Virus record (IMG/VR): IMGVR_UViG_3300009671_000010 | Location: 1-64,000 of that record | Length of the DNA: 64,000 nt | Origin: a virus | Taxonomy: Duplodnaviria; Caudoviricetes | Direction: 5' to 3' (one strand) | Shown: piece after piece, positions 9,651 through 18,757 of the stretch | Layout of the letters: the number at the start of each line of letters is the position of its first letter | Numbering within the stretch: the first letter of the stretch is position 1 | Made by a program: the position numbers and the translations under genes | Notes under the pieces: generated by a model | What the model was told of the DNA's origin: nothing | Seen by the model: only the letters and a program-made list of their open reading frames with translations | Database searches by the model: none

Positions 9651-12646
9651 GTATATTTGATATATTTAAAACAAAAAAGACTAATGATACAGAATTACTT
9701 GCAAATGGCACAGTTAATGACTATAAGGATGTAGAAGATCCAACTGCTAAGTTTTCTTCTACTCGTTTTACAAAAACAATATATGAAAGTAATCTTAAAA
9801 GGAATGTTACTTTTCAAAAACCCGAATATGATCTGTTAACTATTGCTAATGCAATTGAAATGGATGGATTATTACAAAGATCTGTATCTATTTTTGTAGA
9901 ACAGATATTAAAAAGTGGTTATGAATTTGTATCAAAGGATGATTCAATTCAAGAACATATTGATATAAGAATACGTGAAATTGAAAGTCTAACTGGTATT
10001 AAATTTTATGAAACAGTATGTAAAATAGCAAGACAACTTGTTTCATATGGTAATGCTTATTTAATCAAAGTTCGCTCTCCATCAAAATCAAAATACGGTA
10101 GTCCTTATAGACTATATGGTAAAAATATGAATCCAATAGTTGGATTATTTGTTGCTGATGCGTCAACTATTGAGGTAGGATTAAATAATAGTGGTAATGT
10201 TGTAAATTATAAACAGCGTATTCGTGGAGAAGAGATTATATGGGATGAACGTGATGTCGTTCATTTTGCTTATAATAAGATTCCAGGAACTCTAATAGGT
10301 ATGTCTAGTATTGTTCCTATTCTTGATGATCTTAGAGCTCTTAGAAAACTTGAAGAAGAAATAGAGATATTAGGGTTTCAATATTCTATTCCATTATATT
10401 TATATAAAGTCGGTAATAAAGATATGCCACCTGCTCCAGGTGAGATAGAATCTGTATCCAGTACAGTTAATAATATGCCTGCTTATGGTATGCTTGTTGT
10501 TCCAGGTCATCATACAATTGAAGTTCCTACTAATAATAACACCCCTGTTGATATAATTGCTTTTTGTAATCATTTTAAAAATAGAATGTATGCTGGTTTA
10601 GGTGTATCTCCAATAGCAATGGGGGAGACAAACTGTTATGATGAGAGTACACTTACCTTAACAAGTACAGGATGGAAATCATATAAAGATATAGATATAG
10701 CAACTGATAAAATAGCTACGTATAATATAAACAATAAGTCATTAGAATACCATACACCTAATTATGAATATAAAAAATATTATAAAGGGGATATGATTCA
10801 CTTTTTGGGTAAACATGTAGATATTAAAGTTACACCTAATCACGAAATGTGGATAATGATTCGTCATTCTGGCGAAAGAAAGAAAGTTTTTGCTTATGAA
10901 CTTCTAAATGGAAAATATCCAGAATTTTGTTTTATAGATAGTATAACAAATACATATGGTATAAATTATTTACCAGATACTTTTATACTTGATAAAAAAA
11001 CCATCTCTCGGGATAATATATTAAAATTATTAGGTTGGTATTTATCTGAAGGAAGTCTTGATAAATTTAATGCTTCGATTGGTAGATATCGAACAATTAT
11101 TTCTCAGAAAAAAGAGCCATTTGTTTCTGAAATTAGAACATTATTAAAATTATCTAATCTTTCTTTTTCCGAACAAATCCATAAACAAAGTGGAGTAACT
11201 AACTTTAAAATATATGGTAAAGAATTTTATCATTTTATGTTAGAAAATGGTGGAAGACATAGTAATAAAAAATTCATTTCAAATAGATTTAAATCATCTA
11301 ATTCATATAATGCAAAATTAATTGTAGATACAATGATGAAAGGTGATGGATGGTGGGAAAATGATAATACAGGAATATATTATACTACATCTGAAAATCT
11401 TAGAGATGATTTTTCCCAATTAGCATTTGAAGCTGGTTATGAGGTTAAAATAATACAAAAAACATATACTTCAAAAAGTGATATTAAAAGTAACTATCCA
11501 ATTTTTAGAATACATATTACTCAATCTAAAAAAGATTATAGAATTCTTACCGTTAAACATGTTAAAAAAGTTGATTATAATGGTATTGTATATTGTTATA
11601 ATGTTCCTAATCACTTATTTATAACAATGAGAAATGGTAAAATTGCTATTCAAGGCAATACCAGTAACAGAAACACTTCTGAAACACAAGATCTGGCAAT
11701 GCAAACAATTACTATGTCTTATCAACAAATAATTAAACACCGTATTGAAATAGATTTAATTCAAGAATTGTTAATGGATGGCGGTTTTAATTATATGGAT
11801 CATAAGATGGAGTTTAATTTTGAACAAATTGATATTGAAAATCAAATCAAAACAGAAACTCATATCATGCAGAAATTTATGAATAATATTATATCTCATG
11901 AGGAAGCAAGACATGAAATGAATTATGATCAACAGTTTGATGAGACTGGTCTTTATATGAATAAAATTGCTATTCCTTCTGCAAAAGCTCAGGCTGATGC
12001 TAAATTACAGGCTAGGGCAAAAGAAGTCGATAATAAAAACAGGCCAGCTAATCAACATGGTAAAAAAGCTTCAAGACCCAAGATTGTTAAGAATTTTATG
12101 GAAAATTCTAAATATTATAATATTAACTTATCTGATAATCTATGTTATGATTTTAATGTAGTTAATAGAACTAAGTATAGTAAAAAGCTTTTGTCATCAT
12201 TAGTTGACTCTATTACACAGCAACTTAATTACAATATTAAACAATATAGTGTATACTACAATATAGATAACATTACATATAATTATGAGTATGTTGACTC
12301 ATATATCAAAAGTTTAAATGATGTAATATCTGATAAAATTGAAAGATTTTCTAAAAATATTAATGATAATACTACTGAGTATTTTATAAATGGAATTAAT
12401 ACTTTGATAGATGAACAGTTTAATAGAGTTGATTCATTAGCAAAAATATTAATTTATAAAAGTTTAGGATATAAGACTATACTACTGGATACAAAAGAGT
12501 GTGAACTACACTCAAATTTAATTATAAATCTTGATGATATTACATATAATAATATTCCGCCATTTAAATATGGATGTAATTGTAAGATAGATGAAAAGGG
12601 TACAAATGAGTTCAAAAAGGAAAATACCTCAGAAGATAACTGTTAA
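9647..12646 (+). CDS. portal protein (intein-containing, with C-terminal extension)
   Basis: Portal motifs LVSYGNAYL, DVVHFAYN...GMS, AGLGVSPIAMG|TSNRNTSE, NIISHEEARHEMNY; position between terminase and protease. Confidence 0.9.
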   Translation: MSIFDIFKTKKTNDTELLANGTVNDYKDVEDPTAKFSSTRFTKTIYESNLKRNVTFQKPEYDLLTIANAIEMDGLLQRSVSIFVEQILKSGYEFVSKDDSIQEHIDIRIREIESLTGIKFYETVCKIARQLVSYGNAYLIKVRSPSKSKYGSPYRLYGKNMNPIVGLFVADASTIEVGLNNSGNVVNYKQRIRGEEIIWDERDVVHFAYNKIPGTLIGMSSIVPILDDLRALRKLEEEIEILGFQYSIPLYLYKVGNKDMPPAPGEIESVSSTVNNMPAYGMLVVPGHHTIEVPTNNNTPVDIIAFCNHFKNRMYAGLGVSPIAMGETNCYDESTLTLTSTGWKSYKDIDIATDKIATYNINNKSLEYHTPNYEYKKYYKGDMIHFLGKHVDIKVTPNHEMWIMIRHSGERKKVFAYELLNGKYPEFCFIDSITNTYGINYLPDTFILDKKTISRDNILKLLGWYLSEGSLDKFNASIGRYRTIISQKKEPFVSEIRTLLKLSNLSFSEQIHKQSGVTNFKIYGKEFYHFMLENGGRHSNKKFISNRFKSSNSYNAKLIVDTMMKGDGWWENDNTGIYYTTSENLRDDFSQLAFEAGYEVKIIQKTYTSKSDIKSNYPIFRIHITQSKKDYRILTVKHVKKVDYNGIVYCYNVPNHLFITMRNGKIAIQGNTSNRNTSETQDLAMQTITMSYQQIIKHRIEIDLIQELLMDGGFNYMDHKMEFNFEQIDIENQIKTETHIMQKFMNNIISHEEARHEMNYDQQFDETGLYMNKIAIPSAKAQADAKLQARAKEVDNKNRPANQHGKKASRPKIVKNFMENSKYYNINLSDNLCYDFNVVNRTKYSKKLLSSLVDSITQQLNYNIKQYSVYYNIDNITYNYEYVDSYIKSLNDVISDKIERFSKNINDNTTEYFINGINTLIDEQFNRVDSLAKILIYKSLGYKTILLDTKECELHSNLIINLDDITYNNIPPFKYGCNCKIDEKGTNEFKKENTSEDNC
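10634..11659 (+). mobile_element. intein with LAGLIDADG homing endonuclease (342 aa) in portal
   Basis: Starts CYDESTLTLTSTGWK, block B VTPNH, LAGLIDADG-like LLGWYLSEGS and IVDTMMKGDG, ends VYCYNVPNH...IAIQGN, +1 Thr. Confidence 0.92.
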
Positions 12647-14060
12647 AATAAAATCTACGCATATTGATTTTATTAATGATAATTATCTCTTATATACTGA
12701 AAGTGCTGTTAAAAAAGGTGCTAAGTCATGGGTTGAACCATATAATAAACCAGTCTTAAAAAATCATGATAAAAATACTGATCCTCTTGGAAGAGTTATT
12801 GGCTATAAAATAGTTACTACAGATGCAAAAAATGAACCTCCTAAATATTTAGAACTTACATGTACAATTAATGATGATAGTGCAATTGAAAAAATACTTG
12901 ATGGAAGATATTTTACTGTTTCTGTTGGATCACGTGCATCACGAATCAGATGTAGTGAATGTGATCAAGTTATAAATGAAGATGGATTATGTGAACATAA
13001 ACGAGGAACCTATAATGAAGATGGAAAACCAGTACATTGGATTATAGATAATATTGAATATGTTGAAAAATCTTTTGTAAATGAACCAGCTGATAAATAT
13101 ACTGGTATTACATATGTTGATGTTGGTAAAGGCTTTATACCATATAAAAATTTCCTGGATAATCGGGAAAAGATATTATCTGAAATAAATTTGGAGGATT
13201 GTTTAATGACTATTAAAAATACTAAACTGAGTCCTGCCCAAAGAAGTAAACTTGCAGAAAGTTCATTTTGTGGGCCAGACAGGTCATTTCCAGCACATGA
13301 TAAAGCGCATGTAGAAGCTGGTTTAAAACTTCTGGATACAATTACTTTAGACGACAGTACTAAGTCTAAAATCAAAGCATCATTGTATCGTAGAGGTAAA
13401 AAATTTGGAGTTGTTCCTACTGAAGATGCACTTCAGTCAAATCCAGATCTTGTAACGTTTAGAATGGATGATAATTTTAAAGAAGAAGAAATTACAGCAA
13501 TCAAAGATTGGTTCACTAGTAAACCTGATTCTGATTTACCTTCTGATGAAATTGTTAAACCAGATGAAAATACAGATTCTAAGAAAACCGATGATGTTTC
13601 TAAATTAACTTCTGATGAGTTAATTAAAGAAATTTCTAAACTAAAAGATGAGAAAACTAAGTCTGAACAAGAGTTACAAACTAAAATTAGTTCTCTTGAA
13701 GATCAGATTTCAAAAAAAGATACTATACTAACTCAGAGAGAAGATGAGATTAATAAACTTATCGATGATGTTACTGTTCTCGAAAAAAAGTTTAAAGATG
13801 CACTCATTTCTAATATAATCGATCTTAAAAAAGTTAAGGGTGATGTTGCTGCAGAGATTACAAAGAAAATGTCAGCAAGAAAAGTAGATAGTTTAATTGA
13901 TTCACTTACTGATTTAAGATCAGAAATAACCTTCGAGGATTCTGATAAGATAACAGATCCTACAAAAGTTATAACAAATTCTGATAATAAACAGAATAAT
14001 GATGAGAAAAATTTTGATATTTTCTCACAAGATAATTCAATAATGTTGGAGGTTGAATAA
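12606..14060 (+). CDS. prohead maturation protease fused to scaffold
   Basis: HK97/herpes-type motifs PVLKNHD...PLGRV, FTVSVGS, EKSFVNEPAD with a CSEC...CEH insert; coiled-coil C-terminal half. Start 12606 preferred over 12591. Confidence 0.85.
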   Translation: MSSKRKIPQKITVKIKSTHIDFINDNYLLYTESAVKKGAKSWVEPYNKPVLKNHDKNTDPLGRVIGYKIVTTDAKNEPPKYLELTCTINDDSAIEKILDGRYFTVSVGSRASRIRCSECDQVINEDGLCEHKRGTYNEDGKPVHWIIDNIEYVEKSFVNEPADKYTGITYVDVGKGFIPYKNFLDNREKILSEINLEDCLMTIKNTKLSPAQRSKLAESSFCGPDRSFPAHDKAHVEAGLKLLDTITLDDSTKSKIKASLYRRGKKFGVVPTEDALQSNPDLVTFRMDDNFKEEEITAIKDWFTSKPDSDLPSDEIVKPDENTDSKKTDDVSKLTSDELIKEISKLKDEKTKSEQELQTKISSLEDQISKKDTILTQREDEINKLIDDVTVLEKKFKDALISNIIDLKKVKGDVAAEITKKMSARKVDSLIDSLTDLRSEITFEDSDKITDPTKVITNSDNKQNNDEKNFDIFSQDNSIMLEVE

Positions 14061-15166
14061 TGGCTATACCTAATTCTACATTCGCATTCGACCAACATAC
14101 AACACAGAAGTATGATATTCGTAACCGTCCTAGCAAACTTGCTGAATCACCGCTGAGAAGTTGGAGATTTGAACAGGGCGAAGGTATCAGACCTCCAGAA
14201 TACTATGGTGTTTATAAATATCTACCAGTAGGATTTCAGGATGTAAATACTCAAGATTATGTTGTTATTCCTAAAGGTCGAATTGTTTCTGCACTCTCAT
14301 GTGAAGATACTACAGTATCTGGTATAATTGGTTACCCAAGTTCTAGTGGTTCTATTTATACTGGCTTTGCTGCACCAGAAGCTGGTGGAGCTGCGATAAC
14401 TAGTAAAGTGGATAATGCTTTCTTTGGATATGAACAGCATATAACTGGTCTGCTTGTTCCTGCAAATGGTGGGACAACATGTAGTGGTTTCTATACTGCA
14501 GATGATGTTGCTGCAAAAACTATTACTAACCAGGGCGAATATGCTGCTGCAAGTGGTGCTTTCGTTCTTCCTGCTAATGCTCCAATTGGAGTTGCTTTCC
14601 ATGACTGGTACCAGGATATAAGAGGGAAATACCTCAATTATAGAATGCATCCAGATGGTGGTCATGTTCTTACTGACTGGTGTGTCGAAGTTCCTTATAT
14701 TAAAGTTGCTTCAACTGGAGAAATGAGTGGTGTTACACCGAAGTTTGTAAATAACAGCTATGCCAGTGCAGTTACTTATAGAGAAATTAATAAAATATTT
14801 ACATATCTGTCTGTTGCATCAACTGATGTATTTAAAAATGGTGTTTTCGTAACATCTGATTTAATTGGAAACTATGCTATTCAGGGTGAAGCAGATGCTT
14901 TATCTCAGAATAAAACAGTTCAGACAGTTGGAAAAGTAATAGCTATCGATAATAGATGGCCAAAGGATATGTTGCATGAAGTTGCTACTTATCCACGTTC
15001 TGGAATGCCAGGTACACAAACTGCTGGTTTACCTAAGATGCTGTTTGATTTCATATATTACACAGTATTAGCAGGTGTTGGTACAGCTCCTACCGTAGAA
15101 GAAATTTACAACTATGCAAGAAGCGGCACTTTTGGACTCGTTAGAATTCAACTATTGGTATCATAA
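14060..15166 (+). CDS. accessory head protein (decoration/cement-like)
   Basis: Between protease and MCP, GGAGG RBS, VVIPKGRIV and PIGVA motifs, Gly/Ala/Thr-rich. Confidence 0.6.
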   Translation: MAIPNSTFAFDQHTTQKYDIRNRPSKLAESPLRSWRFEQGEGIRPPEYYGVYKYLPVGFQDVNTQDYVVIPKGRIVSALSCEDTTVSGIIGYPSSSGSIYTGFAAPEAGGAAITSKVDNAFFGYEQHITGLLVPANGGTTCSGFYTADDVAAKTITNQGEYAAASGAFVLPANAPIGVAFHDWYQDIRGKYLNYRMHPDGGHVLTDWCVEVPYIKVASTGEMSGVTPKFVNNSYASAVTYREINKIFTYLSVASTDVFKNGVFVTSDLIGNYAIQGEADALSQNKTVQTVGKVIAIDNRWPKDMLHEVATYPRSGMPGTQTAGLPKMLFDFIYYTVLAGVGTAPTVEEIYNYARSGTFGLVRIQLLVS

Positions 15167-15180
15167 GGGAGGAGAGCAAT

Positions 15181-16500
15181 ATGGCTTATTTATCAATTAA
15201 AGACGAAGTTGCTTTTGAAAAGTCTTATGACCAAGAGCAGAAGATCAAATTTACCAATGTTTATGATGCTTTCCAGACACGTGGAAGAATTATAGATAAA
15301 GATGGCAAATGCCATAAATTTGAACTTAAAGATCTTGTTACTAGAGAAGATTTGATGAGATTTGTTCCTACTACAGTGGAAACTGTTGTTAGAGAAGCTA
15401 TCGAACCGAATCTGTTCATAGTTGATCGTCTGTTTCAGAAGATTACTATTGAGAGAGGTACTAGAGTACAGATTGGTGCACTTGGTGCATTAGAAGCTGG
15501 TCGAGTTGGGCAAGCTGGAGAATATCCAGAAAGAACTCTTGACCTTGATGGTGGAGATATGGTTGCGATCACTACTGATAAATATGGTTTGAAAATTTCT
15601 CTTACAGAGGAAGTTCTCCAGGAAAATCAGTGGGATGTTGTTAATATATGGTTACGTGCAGCTGGTAAAGCACTTGCACGTTGTAAAGAACAGGTAGCAG
15701 CTAATCTTCTGGCACAGATGGGTTATGATATTTTTGATAATATTACTCCATCAAATTCATATGCTGGTACCACAACTGGTAGAGATATCACTGGTGCTGC
15801 TAATGGATCTGTAACTGCTAATGATATATTTGAAATGTATGCATACGGTATTAACCGTGGTTTTACACCAGATGTATTATTAATGAATCCAATTGCATGG
15901 AAAACATTTATGACTGATACTGAAATGAGAGAAGTTGTTCTTAGTGGTTCAACTGTATCAAGTGTAAGATCACCAAATGGTTCATATGCTGCTGGATATG
16001 GAACTTCACATCACGGTTATGGATTTAGAACTACCGCTACTGGTAATGCTTCTACTTCTGGTAATGTTGTGAAAGGTGCAAGTCCATGGGTTCAAACACT
16101 CAACCCAATCGGTGCTTCATTTAATATCGCTCCGAGATACTTACCATCTCCGATCGAAGTAATTGTTACACCACTGGTTCCGTTTGTATACGGTGCAGCT
16201 AATTATGAAAGAATTGATTCTGGTTGCAGAACAAATCTTATAATGGTTGATTCTGGTGCATGTGGAGTTATTGGACAGTCTGAACAGCCTATGACTGATC
16301 GTTGGTCAGATCCAGAAAGAGATATAACCAATATCAAAATGCGTGAGCAGTATGGTATGGCTATTCTTGAACAGGGTAAAGGTGTGATGGTTGCACGTAA
16401 TATTAATATTGCACGTAACTACAACTTTGAGAATTCTAATAGCGTTACTCTTACTAACATCAACACAGCTAGTGGAGTCTTAACTGGAACCTCATTATAA
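15181..16500 (+). CDS. major capsid protein (HK97 fold)
   Basis: AGGAGG RBS; VGQAGEYPE, KYGLKISLTEE, PDVLLMNPIAW, IKMREQYGMAIL motifs; followed by a terminator. Confidence 0.92.
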   Translation: MAYLSIKDEVAFEKSYDQEQKIKFTNVYDAFQTRGRIIDKDGKCHKFELKDLVTREDLMRFVPTTVETVVREAIEPNLFIVDRLFQKITIERGTRVQIGALGALEAGRVGQAGEYPERTLDLDGGDMVAITTDKYGLKISLTEEVLQENQWDVVNIWLRAAGKALARCKEQVAANLLAQMGYDIFDNITPSNSYAGTTTGRDITGAANGSVTANDIFEMYAYGINRGFTPDVLLMNPIAWKTFMTDTEMREVVLSGSTVSSVRSPNGSYAAGYGTSHHGYGFRTTATGNASTSGNVVKGASPWVQTLNPIGASFNIAPRYLPSPIEVIVTPLVPFVYGAANYERIDSGCRTNLIMVDSGACGVIGQSEQPMTDRWSDPERDITNIKMREQYGMAILEQGKGVMVARNINIARNYNFENSNSVTLTNINTASGVLTGTSL

Positions 16501-16526
16501 TTAGCACATTATAATAGTTAATATAT

Positions 16527-16562
16527 AGGCAGGCAGAAAAAAAGATCTGTCTGCCTTTTTTT
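16527..16562 (+). terminator. intrinsic terminator after MCP
   Basis: Stem AGGCAGGCAGA / TCTGTCTGCCT (one G-U), 8-nt loop, then T-run. Confidence 0.85.
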
Positions 16563-16587
16563 ATAAAAAAGAAAAGAGAGAAGAAAA

Positions 16588-17235
16588 ATGGCAGATAAAG
16601 AAGTTAAGAAAGAAACGTTTAAATTACCTAAATATTTAAAATTAGCAAAAGGATCAATGTGGTTTGATACTGAAGGCGATAATGCATCTGGTGTTAAACT
16701 ATATCTTGGTAGCCAAGTATTTGTTGGTAGAGGATTGAATGCAAAAGAATCAGCTATACCAAAGGATAAATATAATAATCAAAATATTCATGATTTTGGT
16801 TATGTTGAAAAAGAATTACCTTGGTATTTTGATACAACAACTATTGATCCAGAAAAACAATCTAGAATAATTCTTGCTTACAAGATGGGAATTCTTGAAA
16901 AAGCAGATCCTAAAAAACCTCCTGTAATGGAAGAAAAAGAACCACAAAAGGATTTTACTGTTAATAAACATGGTAATAGAATATTTGTTGGTAAAAATCA
17001 GGAAATGTATCGTAAGTTACAAAATATGATGATGTCAGAACTTATTAGTTTTATATCAACTTTTCCAAAAAATTCTATTGCAAAAGATAATCTTTTAGAT
17101 TTATATCACTATGAAGTAAAAGGTTATAATAAGTTTGGAAGAGCTAGACAGGAAGTTCTTGATAAAATTCAAGAAAAACTAAAAGAGTATGGCCCTTCTA
17201 TTTCATCTATTCGTAAAAATGAGGATGATGAATAA
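16588..17235 (+). CDS. hypothetical protein (head module)
   Basis: 215-aa charged ORF, TAATG-coupled to the next gene. Confidence 0.7.
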   Translation: MADKEVKKETFKLPKYLKLAKGSMWFDTEGDNASGVKLYLGSQVFVGRGLNAKESAIPKDKYNNQNIHDFGYVEKELPWYFDTTTIDPEKQSRIILAYKMGILEKADPKKPPVMEEKEPQKDFTVNKHGNRIFVGKNQEMYRKLQNMMMSELISFISTFPKNSIAKDNLLDLYHYEVKGYNKFGRARQEVLDKIQEKLKEYGPSISSIRKNEDDE

Positions 17236-17789
17236 TGAGAATAATAAGTCATGAACCCAGTATTAATGAAATTGATGTTCCTAGAAACTCAAAGATTAAA
17301 ATAAAATTTGATACTGAAATAGTAGGTAGCTCTGTTACCTACATGACTTTTTCTGTCAATGATGCTAAATATTATACTGCTGTGCCAGGACAATATGGGA
17401 TTGAATATACAAGCGGAGTTGCTGATACTGTAGTTTTTACACCTGATCTTGATTTTTCATCTATTAATAAATATAGAGTATTTATTTATGGAAAACCAAA
17501 CGGGATATTTAATATTGAAAATGAACAATTAGATACTACTTATATGTATGAATTTACTACTGGAAGTGGATTTATATCTGATGATAATTCAAATGGAATT
17601 CCTTCTGGTATTCCAGAAGTAATAGATGAAAGTTTAAAATTAGAGATAACAAATATTTATCCTAAACATCAAGATACAAACATTTCTGGTGTAAATAGAA
17701 TAGACATTAGTTTTAATATGCCAATAACAAGTTCTATTACTGAATTAAATAATTTAATATCTTTAAATATACAAGATGTTTTATATTAA
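17235..17789 (+). CDS. Ig-like (Big_5-type) domain virion protein
   Basis: IISHEP...DVPRNSKIKIKFD...VVFTP...YRVFI...YMYEFTT is one complete Big_5-like domain; a second begins LEITNIYP...IDISFN and stops short. Confidence 0.7.
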   Translation: MRIISHEPSINEIDVPRNSKIKIKFDTEIVGSSVTYMTFSVNDAKYYTAVPGQYGIEYTSGVADTVVFTPDLDFSSINKYRVFIYGKPNGIFNIENEQLDTTYMYEFTTGSGFISDDNSNGIPSGIPEVIDESLKLEITNIYPKHQDTNISGVNRIDISFNMPITSSITELNNLISLNIQDVLY

Positions 17790-17835
17790 TTTTATATATT
17801 AACACTATACTAGGTATAGCTAAAGGAGATTTTAG

Positions 17836-18234
17836 ATGGCTAATTTAATTTATAATTTTGGTTTGGAGAGCTTTGGTAATGGAGACATTAGCTGGAGAGA
17901 TGATAATATAAAAGCAGCAATAGTTGATACAGATACTTATACAGTAAGTGCTGAACATCAGTATATATCACAGGTATCTGGTATTATTGCAAGATCAGCT
18001 AATTTCACAAATAAAACCAATGTAGGTGGAATATTGGATGCTGATGACGCGGTATTTAGTAGTGTTACAGGTACAACTGGTGAAGCAGTAATTATTTTTA
18101 AAGATACGGGTAATGATGCTACATCAATACTGATATGTTATATCGATAGTGGAACAGGGTTGCCTGTTACTCCTAATGGAAATAATATAATAGTTTGTTG
18201 GAGTAATACAACTAATAAAATTCTAAAGATATAA
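17836..18234 (+). CDS. small beta-rich phage structural protein
   Basis: AAGGAG RBS; pattern ISWRDDNIKAAIVD...DADDAVFSSVTG...LICYID...GLPVTPNG typical of a widespread small virion protein. Confidence 0.65.
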   Translation: MANLIYNFGLESFGNGDISWRDDNIKAAIVDTDTYTVSAEHQYISQVSGIIARSANFTNKTNVGGILDADDAVFSSVTGTTGEAVIIFKDTGNDATSILICYIDSGTGLPVTPNGNNIIVCWSNTTNKILKI

Positions 18235-18305
18235 TGATTACAAATTATAATGTAAGTATTAGTAGTTTGAGTATTACTTTACCAGCTTAATTTTAAGGAT
18301 TTAAA

Positions 18306-18702
18306 ATGATGAAGAAAATAATAATATTTTTGGTTCTGGCGTTGGTGTTTTGGGACTAATCATTATGTTGATACTATTACAACAGGAGCAAATAACGGGA
18401 CATCTTGGACTGATGCATGGAATGGATTTAGATCTATACAGTGGACAGCTATTAATGCAGGGGACACAGTATTTATTAGTGGCGGAACCGATACCGCACA
18501 CTATTATGATTCTCTAATATTACAAGATAAAGGTGCTTTAAACAACCCCGTAGTCTACACTGTTGGTAGGGAATCAGGACATAATGGGTTTGTCCTTTTG
18601 CATGATTCTATTTCGGCTCGTTACTTTGTTGACCACTTGGTAATATCTGGAAAGAATGGCAGCGGTGATGGTAAAAGACATTTAATACTTTACAAGGTGT
18701 AG
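18306..18702 (+). pseudogene. frameshifted, truncated secreted beta-helix (pectate-lyase-like) gene remnant
   Basis: MMKKIIIFLVLALVF signal peptide; one extra T in GTGTTTTGGG (18348-18351) shifts frame; second frame reads GTNHYVDTITTGANNGTSWTDAW...INAGDTVFISGG to TAG at 18700-18702. Confidence 0.7.
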
Positions 18703-18757
18703 CAGGAAAATACCATAGAGGAAGATGTGTTACTTTACCATAAAAAGGAAATAACAA

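Noticed and set aside
18301-18501. 66-aa Cys-rich minus-strand ORF in the apparent gap
   Set aside because: It is the antisense of the frameshifted beta-helix remnant, which has an RBS, signal peptide and family motif.
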